Source: a virus
Lineage: Duplodnaviria; Caudoviricetes
Direction: 5' to 3' (one strand)
IMG/VR virus record: IMGVR_UViG_3300011008_002712
DNA length: 64,000 bases
The first letter of the stretch is position 1. Every line of letters begins with the position of its first letter. Shown one piece after another: positions 40,696 through 51,346 of this stretch. The notes below the pieces were generated by a model. The model ran no database searches. It had not been told where the DNA came from and worked only from the letters and a program-made list of their open reading frames with translations. Position numbers and translations under genes: made by a program.

Positions 40696-41181
40696 ATGAT
40701 TACAAAAGAAGAATTAAAAAACTACATTGAAGAGGGACGCCATGGCGTAACAAAGCACCAGATGATTCCGGCAATCAACAACTATAAGGACAATGAAGAT
40801 GTCATCAAAGCATTACAAAAAGAATATCCTAATACTTTCAAGACATCTTTGCGCTATTGTAAAAAAGGAGCACGTGATGCCTGCATCCAAATTTTTGGAG
40901 AGGATATCAGCAAGACGTCGCCGGAAGAGATCCAGCTGATCAACGATCTCAAGCCAAACCGCAAAGGGATTTCGATGAATCAAATCATCGGCTATGTTGA
41001 AAGTGCTGTGGATGAAGGAAAATTTGATAAGGTTTTGCAAGTGCAAAAGTTTTTCCCAGAATATTATCTCAGAAGCGTGAGATATATCAAGAAACCAACA
41101 CTGGAAAAAATAAGAGCATTTGCAGTTGCGGCAAAATCCACAAAAGATTCCGAAGTTATTGCTGAGGCAGTTACAGCATAA
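40696..41181 (+). CDS. two-repeat protein, paralog of 27232..28047
   Basis: GVTKHQMIPAI is identical to the 27232 repeat; own promoter at ~40592. Confidence 0.88.
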   Translation: MITKEELKNYIEEGRHGVTKHQMIPAINNYKDNEDVIKALQKEYPNTFKTSLRYCKKGARDACIQIFGEDISKTSPEEIQLINDLKPNRKGISMNQIIGYVESAVDEGKFDKVLQVQKFFPEYYLRSVRYIKKPTLEKIRAFAVAAKSTKDSEVIAEAVTA

Positions 41182-41280
41182 ACTTCATTTCAAAAAAAAT
41201 TTAAGGGGCTGATTCTTTCAGCCCTTTTGACATATTCATAGAAATGATTTTCATGCTAGAATAAGCATGGAGGTGTTTCT

Positions 41281-41664
41281 ATGAATAGAGATGTTGAAAA
41301 TTTATTTCATATCTATGCGATTAAAAATGATACAAACAATGAATTTTTATATGTAGGGTGTACAACACAACCAATAGGGACAAGATTGTATCAGCACTGC
41401 AGAAGGGTTTCTTCAGCCGTTCATGATGCTATAGAATCATACGGTGAAGAGAATATTTCAATCATACTTTTGAATGATTACTATGGAAACATAGAAGAAG
41501 CTCATTTTATAGAAGAAGAATATACGAAAATGCTTAATGAAGATAAAAAACTATTTAACAAACGCTTTGGAGATGCTCATACTGAATATACAAAAGCAAA
41601 ACTTAAAAAACCAAGAAAAAGAAGCCATGGCGTTAGTGTTTTAATGAAGTATGCGAGTGAATAA
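41281..41664 (+). CDS. GIY-YIG nuclease-family protein
   Basis: HIYAI...YVGCT...RLYQH...IEE. Confidence 0.8.
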   Translation: MNRDVENLFHIYAIKNDTNNEFLYVGCTTQPIGTRLYQHCRRVSSAVHDAIESYGEENISIILLNDYYGNIEEAHFIEEEYTKMLNEDKKLFNKRFGDAHTEYTKAKLKKPRKRSHGVSVLMKYASE

Positions 41665-41667
41665 AAT

Positions 41668-41874
41668 ATGTACATTATATATGGAAAAACTAAAAACGAA
41701 AGATTTAAAGCTATAAATTTAGCTACACAAGATACAGTAAATGAAGTATCTAATGCTTCATTGTTTGACGAAACAGAAGAAAATGAAAATGTTTTACAAG
41801 AAATAGTGCAAGAATTATCTCAATTGAATAAAAATTGGAGATTTGAAATTAGAAGGTTGGGTGTTAGAAAATGA
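41668..41874 (+). CDS. hypothetical protein
   Basis: 68-aa ORF in an operon. Confidence 0.7.
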   Translation: MYIIYGKTKNERFKAINLATQDTVNEVSNASLFDETEENENVLQEIVQELSQLNKNWRFEIRRLGVRK

Positions 41875-42143
41875 ATGAACAGATGAAAGAAAACGATATC
41901 CTAAACATATTTGAAGAGTTAGTATTTGAATTTAAAAAAGCAGGAATAGACGAAGATAAATTACATAAACATACCGAATGTTTTTCTAATTTATTTGAGA
42001 AACTCGAAGATTTTTTATACGGGAATCCGATGAATTTTTCTCCTCAAATGTTTCAAAATAATTGGAAAGAAATGTTAAGAAAAGATTTAGAAGAAAAACA
42101 CTGGACGTTGGAAAATGATCAGCGAATGAAGGACATAATTTAG
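41871..42143 (+). CDS. hypothetical protein
   Basis: 90-aa ORF, ATGA overlap. Confidence 0.7.
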   Translation: MNEQMKENDILNIFEELVFEFKKAGIDEDKLHKHTECFSNLFEKLEDFLYGNPMNFSPQMFQNNWKEMLRKDLEEKHWTLENDQRMKDII

Positions 42144-42240
42144 AATTTTTTCGAAAAAGATGTAAATAACATGTATGACGAAATTTCAAAAAAATATGAA
42201 GACGTTTTGAAAGAAATACAACAAAAGGTATCGCCGTCAT

Positions 42241-42645
42241 CTAAGAAATGATTTCTTCACAAAAACCATCTTTTGTTGTGTAATATATTTTTTTGATTCC
42301 AGTAACTTTAATGAGAGCCATGCAGGATGGACACGGCCTGCACATTGCAAGATTTCCTTTTTTATCTTCTCTATATACATAAATTGAGCATCCATCCAAT
42401 TCTGTCGTTCCAGTATGTATAATTGCTGAAATCTCAGCATGTATAAAATGATTACAATTTTCTTTCATTTTAGGATTAAATTTATTGTATTGCATTTGCA
42501 TAGGATGTGATTTATGTAAATTTGTTCCTCCTCCTATTACAGTATTTTTATGCACAACAACAGCGCCTATATATACTCTTGGATGACTAGATTGTTTAGA
42601 CATATCTCTAGCAAATTTAAAAAATTTAAAATGTTTCTTTTCCAT
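42241..42645 (-). CDS. cytidine/deoxycytidylate deaminase-family protein
   Basis: HAE and PCPSC zinc motifs. Confidence 0.88.
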   Translation of the reverse strand: MEKKHFKFFKFARDMSKQSSHPRVYIGAVVVHKNTVIGGGTNLHKSHPMQMQYNKFNPKMKENCNHFIHAEISAIIHTGTTELDGCSIYVYREDKKGNLAMCRPCPSCMALIKVTGIKKIYYTTKDGFCEEIIS

Positions 42646-42718
42646 AATTTATTTTATTTATAACCCCAAAAAAATAAATGTTGAAAATAACGTTTACAAA
42701 AAAGCGAGGTGTAACATT

Positions 42719-42919
42719 ATGAAAAAAGAACAAACAGTATGTCATAATTGTCATGGCAATATGACATTACATCACAACGAAAAAAAACAATATACTATCA
42801 ATGGTAAAGACATTCAAATTGATGGGTTAGACATTTTCCGTTGTGATACATGTGGTGAAGAAATGATGTCTGCTGATGATGCAAAAAAAGTCATGCAACA
42901 ACTATCAACTTCTATTTAA
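42719..42919 (+). CDS. YgiT/MqsA-type zinc-finger protein (no HTH)
   Basis: CHNC...CDTCGE spacing of the YgiT-type finger. Confidence 0.75.
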   Translation: MKKEQTVCHNCHGNMTLHHNEKKQYTINGKDIQIDGLDIFRCDTCGEEMMSADDAKKVMQQLSTSI

Positions 42920-43021
42920 ATCATAATGTTTTTTTGGAGACATTCAGTCTCCATTTTTTATGCAAAAAACTATTTACATTGTTGAAATTTTGTGTTACAA
43001 TAAAATAAAAACAATAGGAGA

Positions 43022-43246
43022 TTGATTATGACGTTTTCTACATGTAAAAAAAATGATTATAAAAAAAATAGTAATATCCCTCTTCCGTGTTCTATTCATA
43101 AATGTAAAAGATGTCATGCATTAGATGTTGTTCCATTTTCAATTTTGGAAGATGAACAATCTCGTTTGCTAATAACATTAAAATGCAGAACATGCAGAAA
43201 ACTTTATGTTACATATTATGAAAACTATCTTGAAAAAATAAAATAA
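43022..43246 (+). CDS. small zinc-finger protein
   Basis: CKRC...CRTC; promoter upstream. Confidence 0.65.
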   Translation: MIMTFSTCKKNDYKKNSNIPLPCSIHKCKRCHALDVVPFSILEDEQSRLLITLKCRTCRKLYVTYYENYLEKIK

Positions 43247-43303
43247 GTTTTATGTTCACGTTTCTATTCTAAAATAAATTAAAAATTAGAAAGGGATAGA
43301 AAC

Positions 43304-43573
43304 GTGAGTGTAGAAGATAATTTTACTGTGTTTGATGATACAAAAGTATTTATTCAAAGTGGAATGTCTTGTCATAGTTTATCTCCAGAATTTGATGAGA
43401 TTTCTTCTGACAGTATTACAATATATGACAATAAAAAAGAAAAAACTAACAAAGAACTAATTAATGATTTAATTTCTAAGTATTTACGGGATCTATTAAA
43501 TGATGACAAACAAATCAACGAAAAAGTAAAAGCTGTTATAGAACTTTCACAATTATTAAAAAATTTTAATTAG
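43304..43573 (+). CDS. hypothetical protein
   Basis: 89-aa ORF. Confidence 0.65.
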   Translation: MSVEDNFTVFDDTKVFIQSGMSCHSLSPEFDEISSDSITIYDNKKEKTNKELINDLISKYLRDLLNDDKQINEKVKAVIELSQLLKNFN

Positions 43574-43605
43574 GCTGGCGTTTGCTAGCTTAATTTTGTT
43601 TAGAG

Positions 43606-44388
43606 GTGAAAATATTGTATCTCAACAATATATCTGATGAATTAGAACTTCAACCAAATTCTTTAGTAAAAATAGAAGAAATCAATCAATTTCATAATGA
43701 TCTAAAAAAATATGTTGATTCTAGTGAGCAATATTTGATATATTTAGAAAATGATTTTATTGTAAAAAATTTCAATATGATCAACAATTTATCAATTATA
43801 AGATTTTACGATCATATTTTAATTAGCATTTATGAAACATATTCTGGATATTTAGATTTAAAGAAAAAAGAGCTTTATATCTATGATTTTTATTCTAATG
43901 AAGAATTATTTCAAGATTCAATCAATTTAACATTAAAATCTATTGACATAAAAATTAATCAGTTAAAAACTAAAGTCAAATATTCGAATTTCATTTTATG
44001 TATGGATCCAATTTCTTTTCTAATTAAAGGCAAAGAAAGCATATCAGAAAAAATATCCGCAATTAAAATTTGGAAGCGATATAAAAAGAATTTATCAACA
44101 ACATTAAATTATGATGTTCAAACTATTCTTGAATTAAAGACTCAAAAAGAAAAGATAGATTTATTTTGGAGACAATGTTTTAAAGATAGACTGAAAATAA
44201 TTAATGAACTCGAAAAACATTGTATAGACATCAATTTAAATTTCAGATTTGTAACTAGAGATTTTTTAGAAAAACGAGATGTACCGTTGTTGACAACAAA
44301 AGGTACTGTTGAACGTTATATATCTGCTAATAAAAACAAAAAATTTCAATTCAGTACAACAGATAATGGAAAAGAGACGATGCAATGA
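43606..44388 (+). CDS. hypothetical protein
   Basis: 260-aa ORF. Confidence 0.7.
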   Translation: MKILYLNNISDELELQPNSLVKIEEINQFHNDLKKYVDSSEQYLIYLENDFIVKNFNMINNLSIIRFYDHILISIYETYSGYLDLKKKELYIYDFYSNEELFQDSINLTLKSIDIKINQLKTKVKYSNFILCMDPISFLIKGKESISEKISAIKIWKRYKKNLSTTLNYDVQTILELKTQKEKIDLFWRQCFKDRLKIINELEKHCIDINLNFRFVTRDFLEKRDVPLLTTKGTVERYISANKNKKFQFSTTDNGKETMQ

Positions 44389-44425
44389 CCGTCTCTTTTT
44401 TAAATGGAGGATTTATTCAAAATTT

Positions 44426-44725
44426 TTACTTATTGGCCTCAATTACTGCTGTCTTAAAGGCAGTTGCTGCCTTGAATCCAGGAACAGTCTTTGCCGGAAT
44501 ATTGATTGTTTCACCATTAGAAGGATTACGTCCAGTCCTTGCTGCACGCTTCTTAGGCTCAAATGTACCAAGTCCGGCAATAGCAACCTTTTCTCCACCA
44601 GCTACAAGATTTGTAATAACATTGACAATTGACTTGAGCAATACATCAGCTGTCTTTGCGTTTACATCTACCTCATTAGCCTTAAGTTCTTCTACTACCT
44701 TTGCAATTAGTTCTTGTTTAGTCAT
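44426..44725 (-). CDS. hup: HU-family DNA-binding protein
   Basis: MTKQELI...GLGTF...RAARTGRNPSNGETINIPAKTVPGFKA; RBS AGGAG. Confidence 0.95.
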   Translation of the reverse strand: MTKQELIAKVVEELKANEVDVNAKTADVLLKSIVNVITNLVAGGEKVAIAGLGTFEPKKRAARTGRNPSNGETINIPAKTVPGFKAATAFKTAVIEANK

Positions 44726-44852
44726 GTTTGTTAACTCCTTTTTGATTTTTTTGTCTGATGCCTGATGAAAGTGCATCAGGCAAATAATTTTGTCAAATCT
44801 ATAGTAGCAAACGTTTTGTCGTTTGTTACTATCTTTTTCTAAGAAATGCAAG

Positions 44853-46079
44853 TTAATCTTCTAATTTTAATGATTTTTTATCTGTATCAAGATACTGAAG
44901 GTTTAAAAATTCCTCTTTAGTATATAGATTATATAAATGTTTTGTATGATGTTGAAAAACTACATCACCAGATTCATAATAATCTAATTTATTTTCTAAA
45001 GCCAGTTTTGCTTGTTCACTTATATATTGACCAAAATTCGCCGGTACGCCTTGAGCCATAGCTTGTCCAACTGGGATAGAACATGTTCCATGAAAGCTAT
45101 ATTCATCTGGATAATTCATAATTCTTGCCATTTCTCTTAGATTTAATAATCTATCTTGATGAGGATGAATATATTCTGTAACGGAAGTAAAACTTGGAAA
45201 TTGTTTGTTTTCATCTAATTTAAATGGAGATTTATCCCAATAATTTTGGTTATTAGAAATTTTGTCTATAATACGAAGAAGTTCTTTATAGTGTTTTGTG
45301 TTTTCTAATCTAGACATAATTTCTTGTTTATAATTTCCAGCTATACATTGTTTTGCCAATCCGGACATTAACGAATATCCAGTAAGACAATATTTATAAG
45401 TATCTTTGATATCATTGCATGTTTTGCTGAAAAAATCTTCTGTGTTGTCTGAATAAATATCTTGAAGAGTATCTTTTACAGTAACAACAGAACATTTGTT
45501 TTGTTTGACTTTTGGTATTTTTTCAAAAACATCTCTATTCCATCCGACTACTAATGTACGCAAACGCTTCATAGCAACATTATGATTTCCAGCATAATCT
45601 CTAATAATAGTAAACCTGAATTGCTCTCCTAGTTCATTCATCAAGTCTTTCAAAATTGGAAAACCAAGTTTTATAAGTGTTGGAGCGTTTTCTATCACAA
45701 AAACTTTTGGTTTCACAATTTTAAACATTTTAAAAAGACGATAAAAATGAATATTATTTGCGCCATTAACAGAAGCATTACGATTAATTTGAGAAAGGCT
45801 AGAACATGGGCAATTTGCACACATTAAATCTATATCTCCTAAAGAAGATAAATATGCTTCATTTTCCCATTCACTTGGTAAAATAACTGGAATGGATGAA
45901 TTTTTCATAAAATAGAAAGCATTTTGTTCTGGTTGTGAGTCTGAAATTTCTAAGATTCTATCTAAATTGAATCCAGCTTTCATTGTCCCAATAGAAAAAC
46001 TGCCAGCAAAAATAAAAGCATTAATTGCTTTAAGTTTAGTTTTTGGATTTAAATTGTCTATCATGTTAATCACCTGCAT
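44853..46079 (-). CDS. C5 DNA cytosine methyltransferase (atypical motif I)
   Basis: CPCSSLS (IV), ENAP (VI), RLR (VIII), RLLNLREMARIMNYPD (IX), QGVP (X); motif I reads FIFAGS. Confidence 0.8.
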   Translation of the reverse strand: MQVINMIDNLNPKTKLKAINAFIFAGSFSIGTMKAGFNLDRILEISDSQPEQNAFYFMKNSSIPVILPSEWENEAYLSSLGDIDLMCANCPCSSLSQINRNASVNGANNIHFYRLFKMFKIVKPKVFVIENAPTLIKLGFPILKDLMNELGEQFRFTIIRDYAGNHNVAMKRLRTLVVGWNRDVFEKIPKVKQNKCSVVTVKDTLQDIYSDNTEDFFSKTCNDIKDTYKYCLTGYSLMSGLAKQCIAGNYKQEIMSRLENTKHYKELLRIIDKISNNQNYWDKSPFKLDENKQFPSFTSVTEYIHPHQDRLLNLREMARIMNYPDEYSFHGTCSIPVGQAMAQGVPANFGQYISEQAKLALENKLDYYESGDVVFQHHTKHLYNLYTKEEFLNLQYLDTDKKSLKLED

Positions 46080-46205
46080 TTATTTTATGATAAATGCAAG
46101 TTTTTATTTTTCTTTTTTTCAGAGTAAAAATCACTAAACAAGAACATTTTATTAAAAGATTTGATATAATAGAATAAAGATTGTGTTTTTAGTGAGGAGC
46201 TTCGT

Positions 46206-46550
46206 ATGAAATGGAAAATTTTAAAAACATGGGTAATTCCAACAAGCGAAGAATGGTACAAACAAATAAAAATAGAAATAATTGATGCATATAAACCTTA
46301 TTTGATGTTAAGAGCATTTTACAGCGAAACAATGTTCGGACACGATATCATTGTCTATTTTTATAAAGACAATGCAGAATTTTATGTAAATGACACATTG
46401 ATTGATACATCTTCTGTGTTTTCTTATAGAAAATGCATAAATAAAAACAAATCATTATTTGGTGAATTTTTAAAAGTAAATTTATACCGCTACTACAAAA
46501 AAAGCTTTCATGTCTATAAAAAGAAATGTGTAGTCTTGGAAGGGCTATGA
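46206..46550 (+). CDS. hypothetical protein, GL-tail group
   Basis: RBS GAGGAG; ends KCVVLEGL*. Confidence 0.8.
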   Translation: MKWKILKTWVIPTSEEWYKQIKIEIIDAYKPYLMLRAFYSETMFGHDIIVYFYKDNAEFYVNDTLIDTSSVFSYRKCINKNKSLFGEFLKVNLYRYYKKSFHVYKKKCVVLEGL

Positions 46551-46793
46551 AAAGTGATTATATTTTAAGTAACGAGTTTTATAAAGAATATAGGTAGATA
46601 CGAAGCATGATTGATTTTGATAAATTTTTTGAAAATAATGAGAAAAATATTATGGATATCGCTTCTTAAAATGGACATCATTTAGTTGATGGAACACTTA
46701 CAATTAATAGAAACGATCCATGGATGTTTGATCATAAAGGAAAAAATGATGAACATATAAAACATTCTGTTTGTTTTAACAAGGAGTAGTGCA

Positions 46794-47462
46794 ATGAGAT
46801 TGAAGAAAAAAGCTGGAGAACTTAGTATTTTTGAAAAAGAGATTAGAAATCCCGGAGAACATTTACAAGAAGCAATTAAAGACATAAAAAGTAAAAAATT
46901 GTCTTTAGATGAAGCAAAGCCAATTATTGATGATGCTATTGAAAAAGACATAGAAATGAATAGAGAAGATGTGGTTGAATATTTTGGAATCTATAGTGAC
47001 ATATATAAAGATTGTTATGGAATAAGACCAAGATATGATTTTACACAAGACTATTACCATTCTATCTATGATTTTATGGTATTACAAAACAAAACATCGT
47101 GCAATTATACAGATTATTCATCTTTAGACTTTGAAAACTTATATGATGAAGATGACGATGAATATGAAATGTATGATGAAACAAACAATGAATCAGATTT
47201 TATTGATGAAGATGAAGAATTTGATAAACTTCCACTTCAACAATCACATCACAAAAGAGCAAATGAAATGAGAAAACGTTTAAAAAAGACTGCAGGAAAA
47301 ATGTATGAAATCAAGTGCGAAGCTACAGTGTCAAACAATTACTTCATTGAAGATGCAAAGTCCAAAGAAGAAGCTGGAGCTTTGGCATTGAATTTATTCA
47401 AAAAAGATTTAGATGCTACATACTTTAGAGCTAAAGATTTAAAAGTTGTCGCATGGAGTTAA
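46794..47462 (+). CDS. acidic hypothetical protein with two RLKKxAG motifs
   Basis: MRLKKKAG and internal RKRLKKTAG; YSDIYKDCYGIRPR motif. Confidence 0.8.
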   Translation: MRLKKKAGELSIFEKEIRNPGEHLQEAIKDIKSKKLSLDEAKPIIDDAIEKDIEMNREDVVEYFGIYSDIYKDCYGIRPRYDFTQDYYHSIYDFMVLQNKTSCNYTDYSSLDFENLYDEDDDEYEMYDETNNESDFIDEDEEFDKLPLQQSHHKRANEMRKRLKKTAGKMYEIKCEATVSNNYFIEDAKSKEEAGALALNLFKKDLDATYFRAKDLKVVAWS

Positions 47463-47511
47463 AAGAGGAGACAGATTTTTCTGTCTCCGATTTTATAAAA
47501 GAGAGGTTTAT

Positions 47512-48006
47512 ATGAATTTAATTAAACGGCGATTAAAAATGTCTAAAGTTCCCAATGTATCATATCCAAGTTTTTCTGACCAAGAAGTTTTAGACATTAT
47601 ACAAAATGCCGGTTATACTAAGTATTTTACTGATAAGTATACACGAACAAATACAGGAACTGGAATAGAACAGGGGTATCATGGTTTTTGGACTAAACAA
47701 GTGGCTGGTCCGGGAGTGGAACATCCAATAATTTTTTATAACGAACTTTATCCATTTACCGAAGGTGAGAATGTGGACAGTCTCTTAGTATCTTGGAGAT
47801 ATGATACAAATGATAATTTAATTGAAGATCCATGTGTTACACAATTTGAGGGCATTCGTCCGAGGAATTTAATGAATACCATTAGAAACGGAGCTCAATT
47901 AAATAATGGATATAATGTAATTGGTGAATTTAATTCTTATGATAAAGCGAAGCAGTCTGTTCAAGACGATATAAAATTGTTACACAAAAACATAAACAAT
48001 GTATAA
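47512..48006 (+). CDS. hypothetical protein
   Basis: Start MNLIKRRLKMS after GAGG. Confidence 0.75.
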   Translation: MNLIKRRLKMSKVPNVSYPSFSDQEVLDIIQNAGYTKYFTDKYTRTNTGTGIEQGYHGFWTKQVAGPGVEHPIIFYNELYPFTEGENVDSLLVSWRYDTNDNLIEDPCVTQFEGIRPRNLMNTIRNGAQLNNGYNVIGEFNSYDKAKQSVQDDIKLLHKNINNV

Positions 48007-48086
48007 TAAAAATTAAAAAAGCTATTTACATTTATGTTATTATGTGTTATAATATTTCTAGTAAATAATATTGGAGGTAATATGTC

Positions 48087-48458
48087 ATGTACAATGGAAA
48101 TGTTTTGAATAAAAAAGGTCAAAAAATAACAAAACAAATTTCTTTTGCTTCGCAAAATGCAAAAAGTATTGGCATATTAGTCAATCCTGAAAAAGAAGAT
48201 TTGTTTGCCAATTTTGTATTTGGATTTGATAGAGGTAAAATCAATGGTATTGTTGAATATGTTGAATGGAAAATGACGCTTGAAGATATGCTAAAAAAAT
48301 ATGAATATGTTATTTACATGCATTGTTTGTATAACCAAACAGACTATGACGTATCGCATCAATTTAGAAATGGACGCGTTGTCGATGTAACATTTTCAAT
48401 TCCAAACAATGAATTTGGAAACGAAGATTATAACCCGTTGTTATTTGATTTATTGTAA
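48087..48458 (+). CDS. hypothetical protein
   Basis: RBS GGAGG; promoter at ~48022. Confidence 0.8.
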   Translation: MYNGNVLNKKGQKITKQISFASQNAKSIGILVNPEKEDLFANFVFGFDRGKINGIVEYVEWKMTLEDMLKKYEYVIYMHCLYNQTDYDVSHQFRNGRVVDVTFSIPNNEFGNEDYNPLLFDLL

Positions 48459-48562
48459 TAATTGTCACGTTTTTCATTCTTAGTGAAAGTTTTACTTTTA
48501 GTAATTTTGACCAAATGCTTGTACCTATGTGGTACTAATTTTTGTATATATTAAGGAGAATC

Positions 48563-49114
48563 ATGAAACATCTCATTAAAGCAAAAGATATTCGTCATTT
48601 AGTTTTTGGTAGTCCATCAATTCAACTTGGAGACAACACCATATCAATCAATGAAGTGTCTAAAGCAATATTTGAAAATGACGAGATCAGACAATTGTTA
48701 ACAGAAAAACAATACAAAAAAGTATGTTTACAAGTACAAAATGCAAAAGCTGATTATGCAAATTATGGATATTATGGTACTGAAGGCAATGAAACATTTT
48801 ATGCAATAGAATTTTACAAATTTGAAACAGATGATAAAAGCAACGATTTTTTATTTATCATCGTTGCTAAACCATTTACTTGTGAATTTTGTGGTGGCGA
48901 AGAATCTGACGATGTTATTGTAGATTATAATGGACAAATTGAAAGTGATTATTTCTTTGGAAGTTATACGGCGTTTATATCTAAAAATGTAGTCGTGGTT
49001 AATGGAAAAATGATAAAATTAATTAAAAACATTCCTATTGGTACCAAACCAGAAGAATTTTATGCTTTATATATGAAAGGAAAACAGAATGTACAGTTGG
49101 AATATCATGTTTAA
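48563..49114 (+). CDS. hypothetical protein
   Basis: Start MKHLIK after AGGAG. Confidence 0.75.
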   Translation: MKHLIKAKDIRHLVFGSPSIQLGDNTISINEVSKAIFENDEIRQLLTEKQYKKVCLQVQNAKADYANYGYYGTEGNETFYAIEFYKFETDDKSNDFLFIIVAKPFTCEFCGGEESDDVIVDYNGQIESDYFFGSYTAFISKNVVVVNGKMIKLIKNIPIGTKPEEFYALYMKGKQNVQLEYHV

Positions 49115-50342
49115 TTATTTAATGAATATTAAACATGAATACAGTAAAAATTTTAATGATTTTGATACTGCTTCATTTAAAGGCATGTGTGAAAAAACTG
49201 GTCGTGATCAGTTTCTGCTAGATACATATATTACAGAATACAAAATTCCTCAAGGAAGACTAGTCCTTGTTAAATATAATCTTCTTAATGGCATGAAAGA
49301 TATTTATATAAATCAAAATTCTATTTATCGTGAAGGGAGAAGTCTTGTCATAAACATCGACACAGATGAAATTGTTCTTTGTCCTTTTAGGAAATTTTTT
49401 AATATTGATGAGATTCCCGAAACAAGCATGAGTGTCGTAATAGGAAAAATACAAAATTCTGATTTGGTAGAATTCAGCAATAAACTTGATGGTAGTTTTC
49501 AGCAGTTTCGTTGGTATAAAGATTCCATCGTATATTCTGGTTCATCTGCTTTGGATATTGATTTGTCACCTCAATTAAAAATGGGAGTAGATATTTTCAA
49601 ATCAGACTCCAATTATATGAAATTGTGCAAAGATAATCCAGATTACACATTTATATTTGAATGTATTTTAACGTCAGATCCTCATATCGTTAATTATGAT
49701 AATGATTCTTTGAGACTTATAGGCGCAAGAAATGTATTTAATGGAAAGATTTTATTCTACAAAGATATCATAAACCTTGCTGAGAAGTATCATCTTCCTC
49801 ATACTACGATAGAATCTACTACACTTGACAGAATTATATCTCAAAAAAGCAAATTCAAATCAAATGAAAAAGAAGGCTGGGTTATCAATGTAGTCAATAA
49901 CAATGAATCTACATTGTATAAATTCAAATGTGACGATTATGTAGTCCTTCACCATGTATTAGAAGCAATGTCTTCTCATAATACTATTATTAAAGTCATG
50001 GCTGATGGAAAATATGATGATATTATATCTCAAATTCCAGCTGAACATAAACAACGTGTTGAAGATATAGCCGACAAATTGCGTTATTTTATGATTATGA
50101 AAATTAACATCATTAATTTTTATTTCAATAAAATCAAAAACATAGAAGACAGAAAAGAATTTGCTCTCGCTGCAAAAAGAGATGTTCCAAAAGAATTTGT
50201 CAAATATATGTTTATGCGTAGAATGGGACAAGACATTCAATTGCTTAAAAAACAATTCAAGGATCAAATTCAATATATTAAAATGTCAGAAGTTGAAAAC
50301 TTCATTGAAAAAAACGAAGCTCTCTATAAATCTCTTACCTAA
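49089..50342 (+). CDS. T4 RnlA (Rnl1)-family RNA ligase
   Basis: PFRKFFNIDE, motif I KLDGS, FIFE, EGWV, YKFK. Confidence 0.88.
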   Translation: MYSWNIMFNYLMNIKHEYSKNFNDFDTASFKGMCEKTGRDQFLLDTYITEYKIPQGRLVLVKYNLLNGMKDIYINQNSIYREGRSLVINIDTDEIVLCPFRKFFNIDEIPETSMSVVIGKIQNSDLVEFSNKLDGSFQQFRWYKDSIVYSGSSALDIDLSPQLKMGVDIFKSDSNYMKLCKDNPDYTFIFECILTSDPHIVNYDNDSLRLIGARNVFNGKILFYKDIINLAEKYHLPHTTIESTTLDRIISQKSKFKSNEKEGWVINVVNNNESTLYKFKCDDYVVLHHVLEAMSSHNTIIKVMADGKYDDIISQIPAEHKQRVEDIADKLRYFMIMKINIINFYFNKIKNIEDRKEFALAAKRDVPKEFVKYMFMRRMGQDIQLLKKQFKDQIQYIKMSEVENFIEKNEALYKSLT

Positions 50343-50442
50343 GACTAAACCGCAATGGATTGTTATTCTGTTGCGGTTTAATTTTAAGATGTAAAATATA
50401 CATAAAAAATGACTCTCACACAAACAAGAGTCATGTAAAATG

Positions 50443-50706
50443 TTACAATTGACTGTATTCAAACCCATAATATGATTTTTTGAATACGCCGATTATTCTT
50501 CCAACTATAGGATTATTAGAAAAATAATGATCATTTTTTTTGAATATCGCATGCGGTTTATCAAATTGATAAATATATGTAGTTCCATTTATAGAAGACA
50601 AAATTTCATCTAAATCAATGTATACTCTCAATAGATTTGTAGAAGATGAAGGATAAAAAATGGATACGTTTTTTCTTTTATCAGAAATAAGATACATTAA
50701 TATCAC
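50443..50706 (-). CDS. hypothetical protein
   Basis: 87-aa ORF, RBS GAGGTG. Confidence 0.6.
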   Translation of the reverse strand: MILMYLISDKRKNVSIFYPSSSTNLLRVYIDLDEILSSINGTTYIYQFDKPHAIFKKNDHYFSNNPIVGRIIGVFKKSYYGFEYSQL

Positions 50707-50843
50707 CTCATTTATAGATAAAATAATTTCACTAACATATCATAATTTGAAAAATGACGACAAATAATTCTTATTTTTATGAATTAAAAAATGCTATGTA
50801 CTAATAAAATAGAATTTGTTATAATTATTACGGAGGTATTATT

Positions 50844-51083
50844 ATGAAAATAACACAAGTATTATGTGGCTGTTTACAAATAGAACATCGGCCGTGGGAA
50901 ATATTTTCGCCAATGCCAATTTACATAGCTGGCGATACTTGCAACACTAAAATAGAAATAGATTTGAGAGAAATGAAGCCAGTAGAATCAAGCAATATAA
51001 ATAAAGAAATTTTAGAAAATGACATGGTAAAGAAATATATAAACAAATGGATTGAAGAACATGTTATTGGTGTTGGATTATGA
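50844..51083 (+). CDS. hypothetical protein, GL-tail group
   Basis: RBS GGAGG; ends EHVIGVGL*. Confidence 0.8.
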   Translation: MKITQVLCGCLQIEHRPWEIFSPMPIYIAGDTCNTKIEIDLREMKPVESSNINKEILENDMVKKYINKWIEEHVIGVGL

Positions 51084-51346
51084 AAACATCTTATAGCGGA
51101 TTGTTGCAACAAGATAAAAATGTGACAATATTAACATGCAATATTACAATATATGATGAAACATATAAGATGTTTATCATGTATAAAAGAAAATCTGATT
51201 CTGGAAGAACGAGAAAAATAATATACGGAAAAACAAAAAATATGTTTCAAGAATTATCACGATATAAAGATATTTCTAAACCATTAAAAAATTTCCTAAA
51301 AGAAAACGATATATTGTTAAATGAAATAAGAATAAATGGATTATGA
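51080..51346 (+). CDS. hypothetical protein, GL-tail group
   Basis: Ends NEIRINGL*. Confidence 0.8.
   Translation: MKTSYSGLLQQDKNVTILTCNITIYDETYKMFIMYKRKSDSGRTRKIIYGKTKNMFQELSRYKDISKPLKNFLKENDILLNEIRINGL

Noticed and set aside
50443-50475. Possible former GL tail (YYGF, TAT TAT GGG TTT GA) lost by a 1-nt deletion
   Set aside because: Cannot be distinguished from chance without homologs; not counted.
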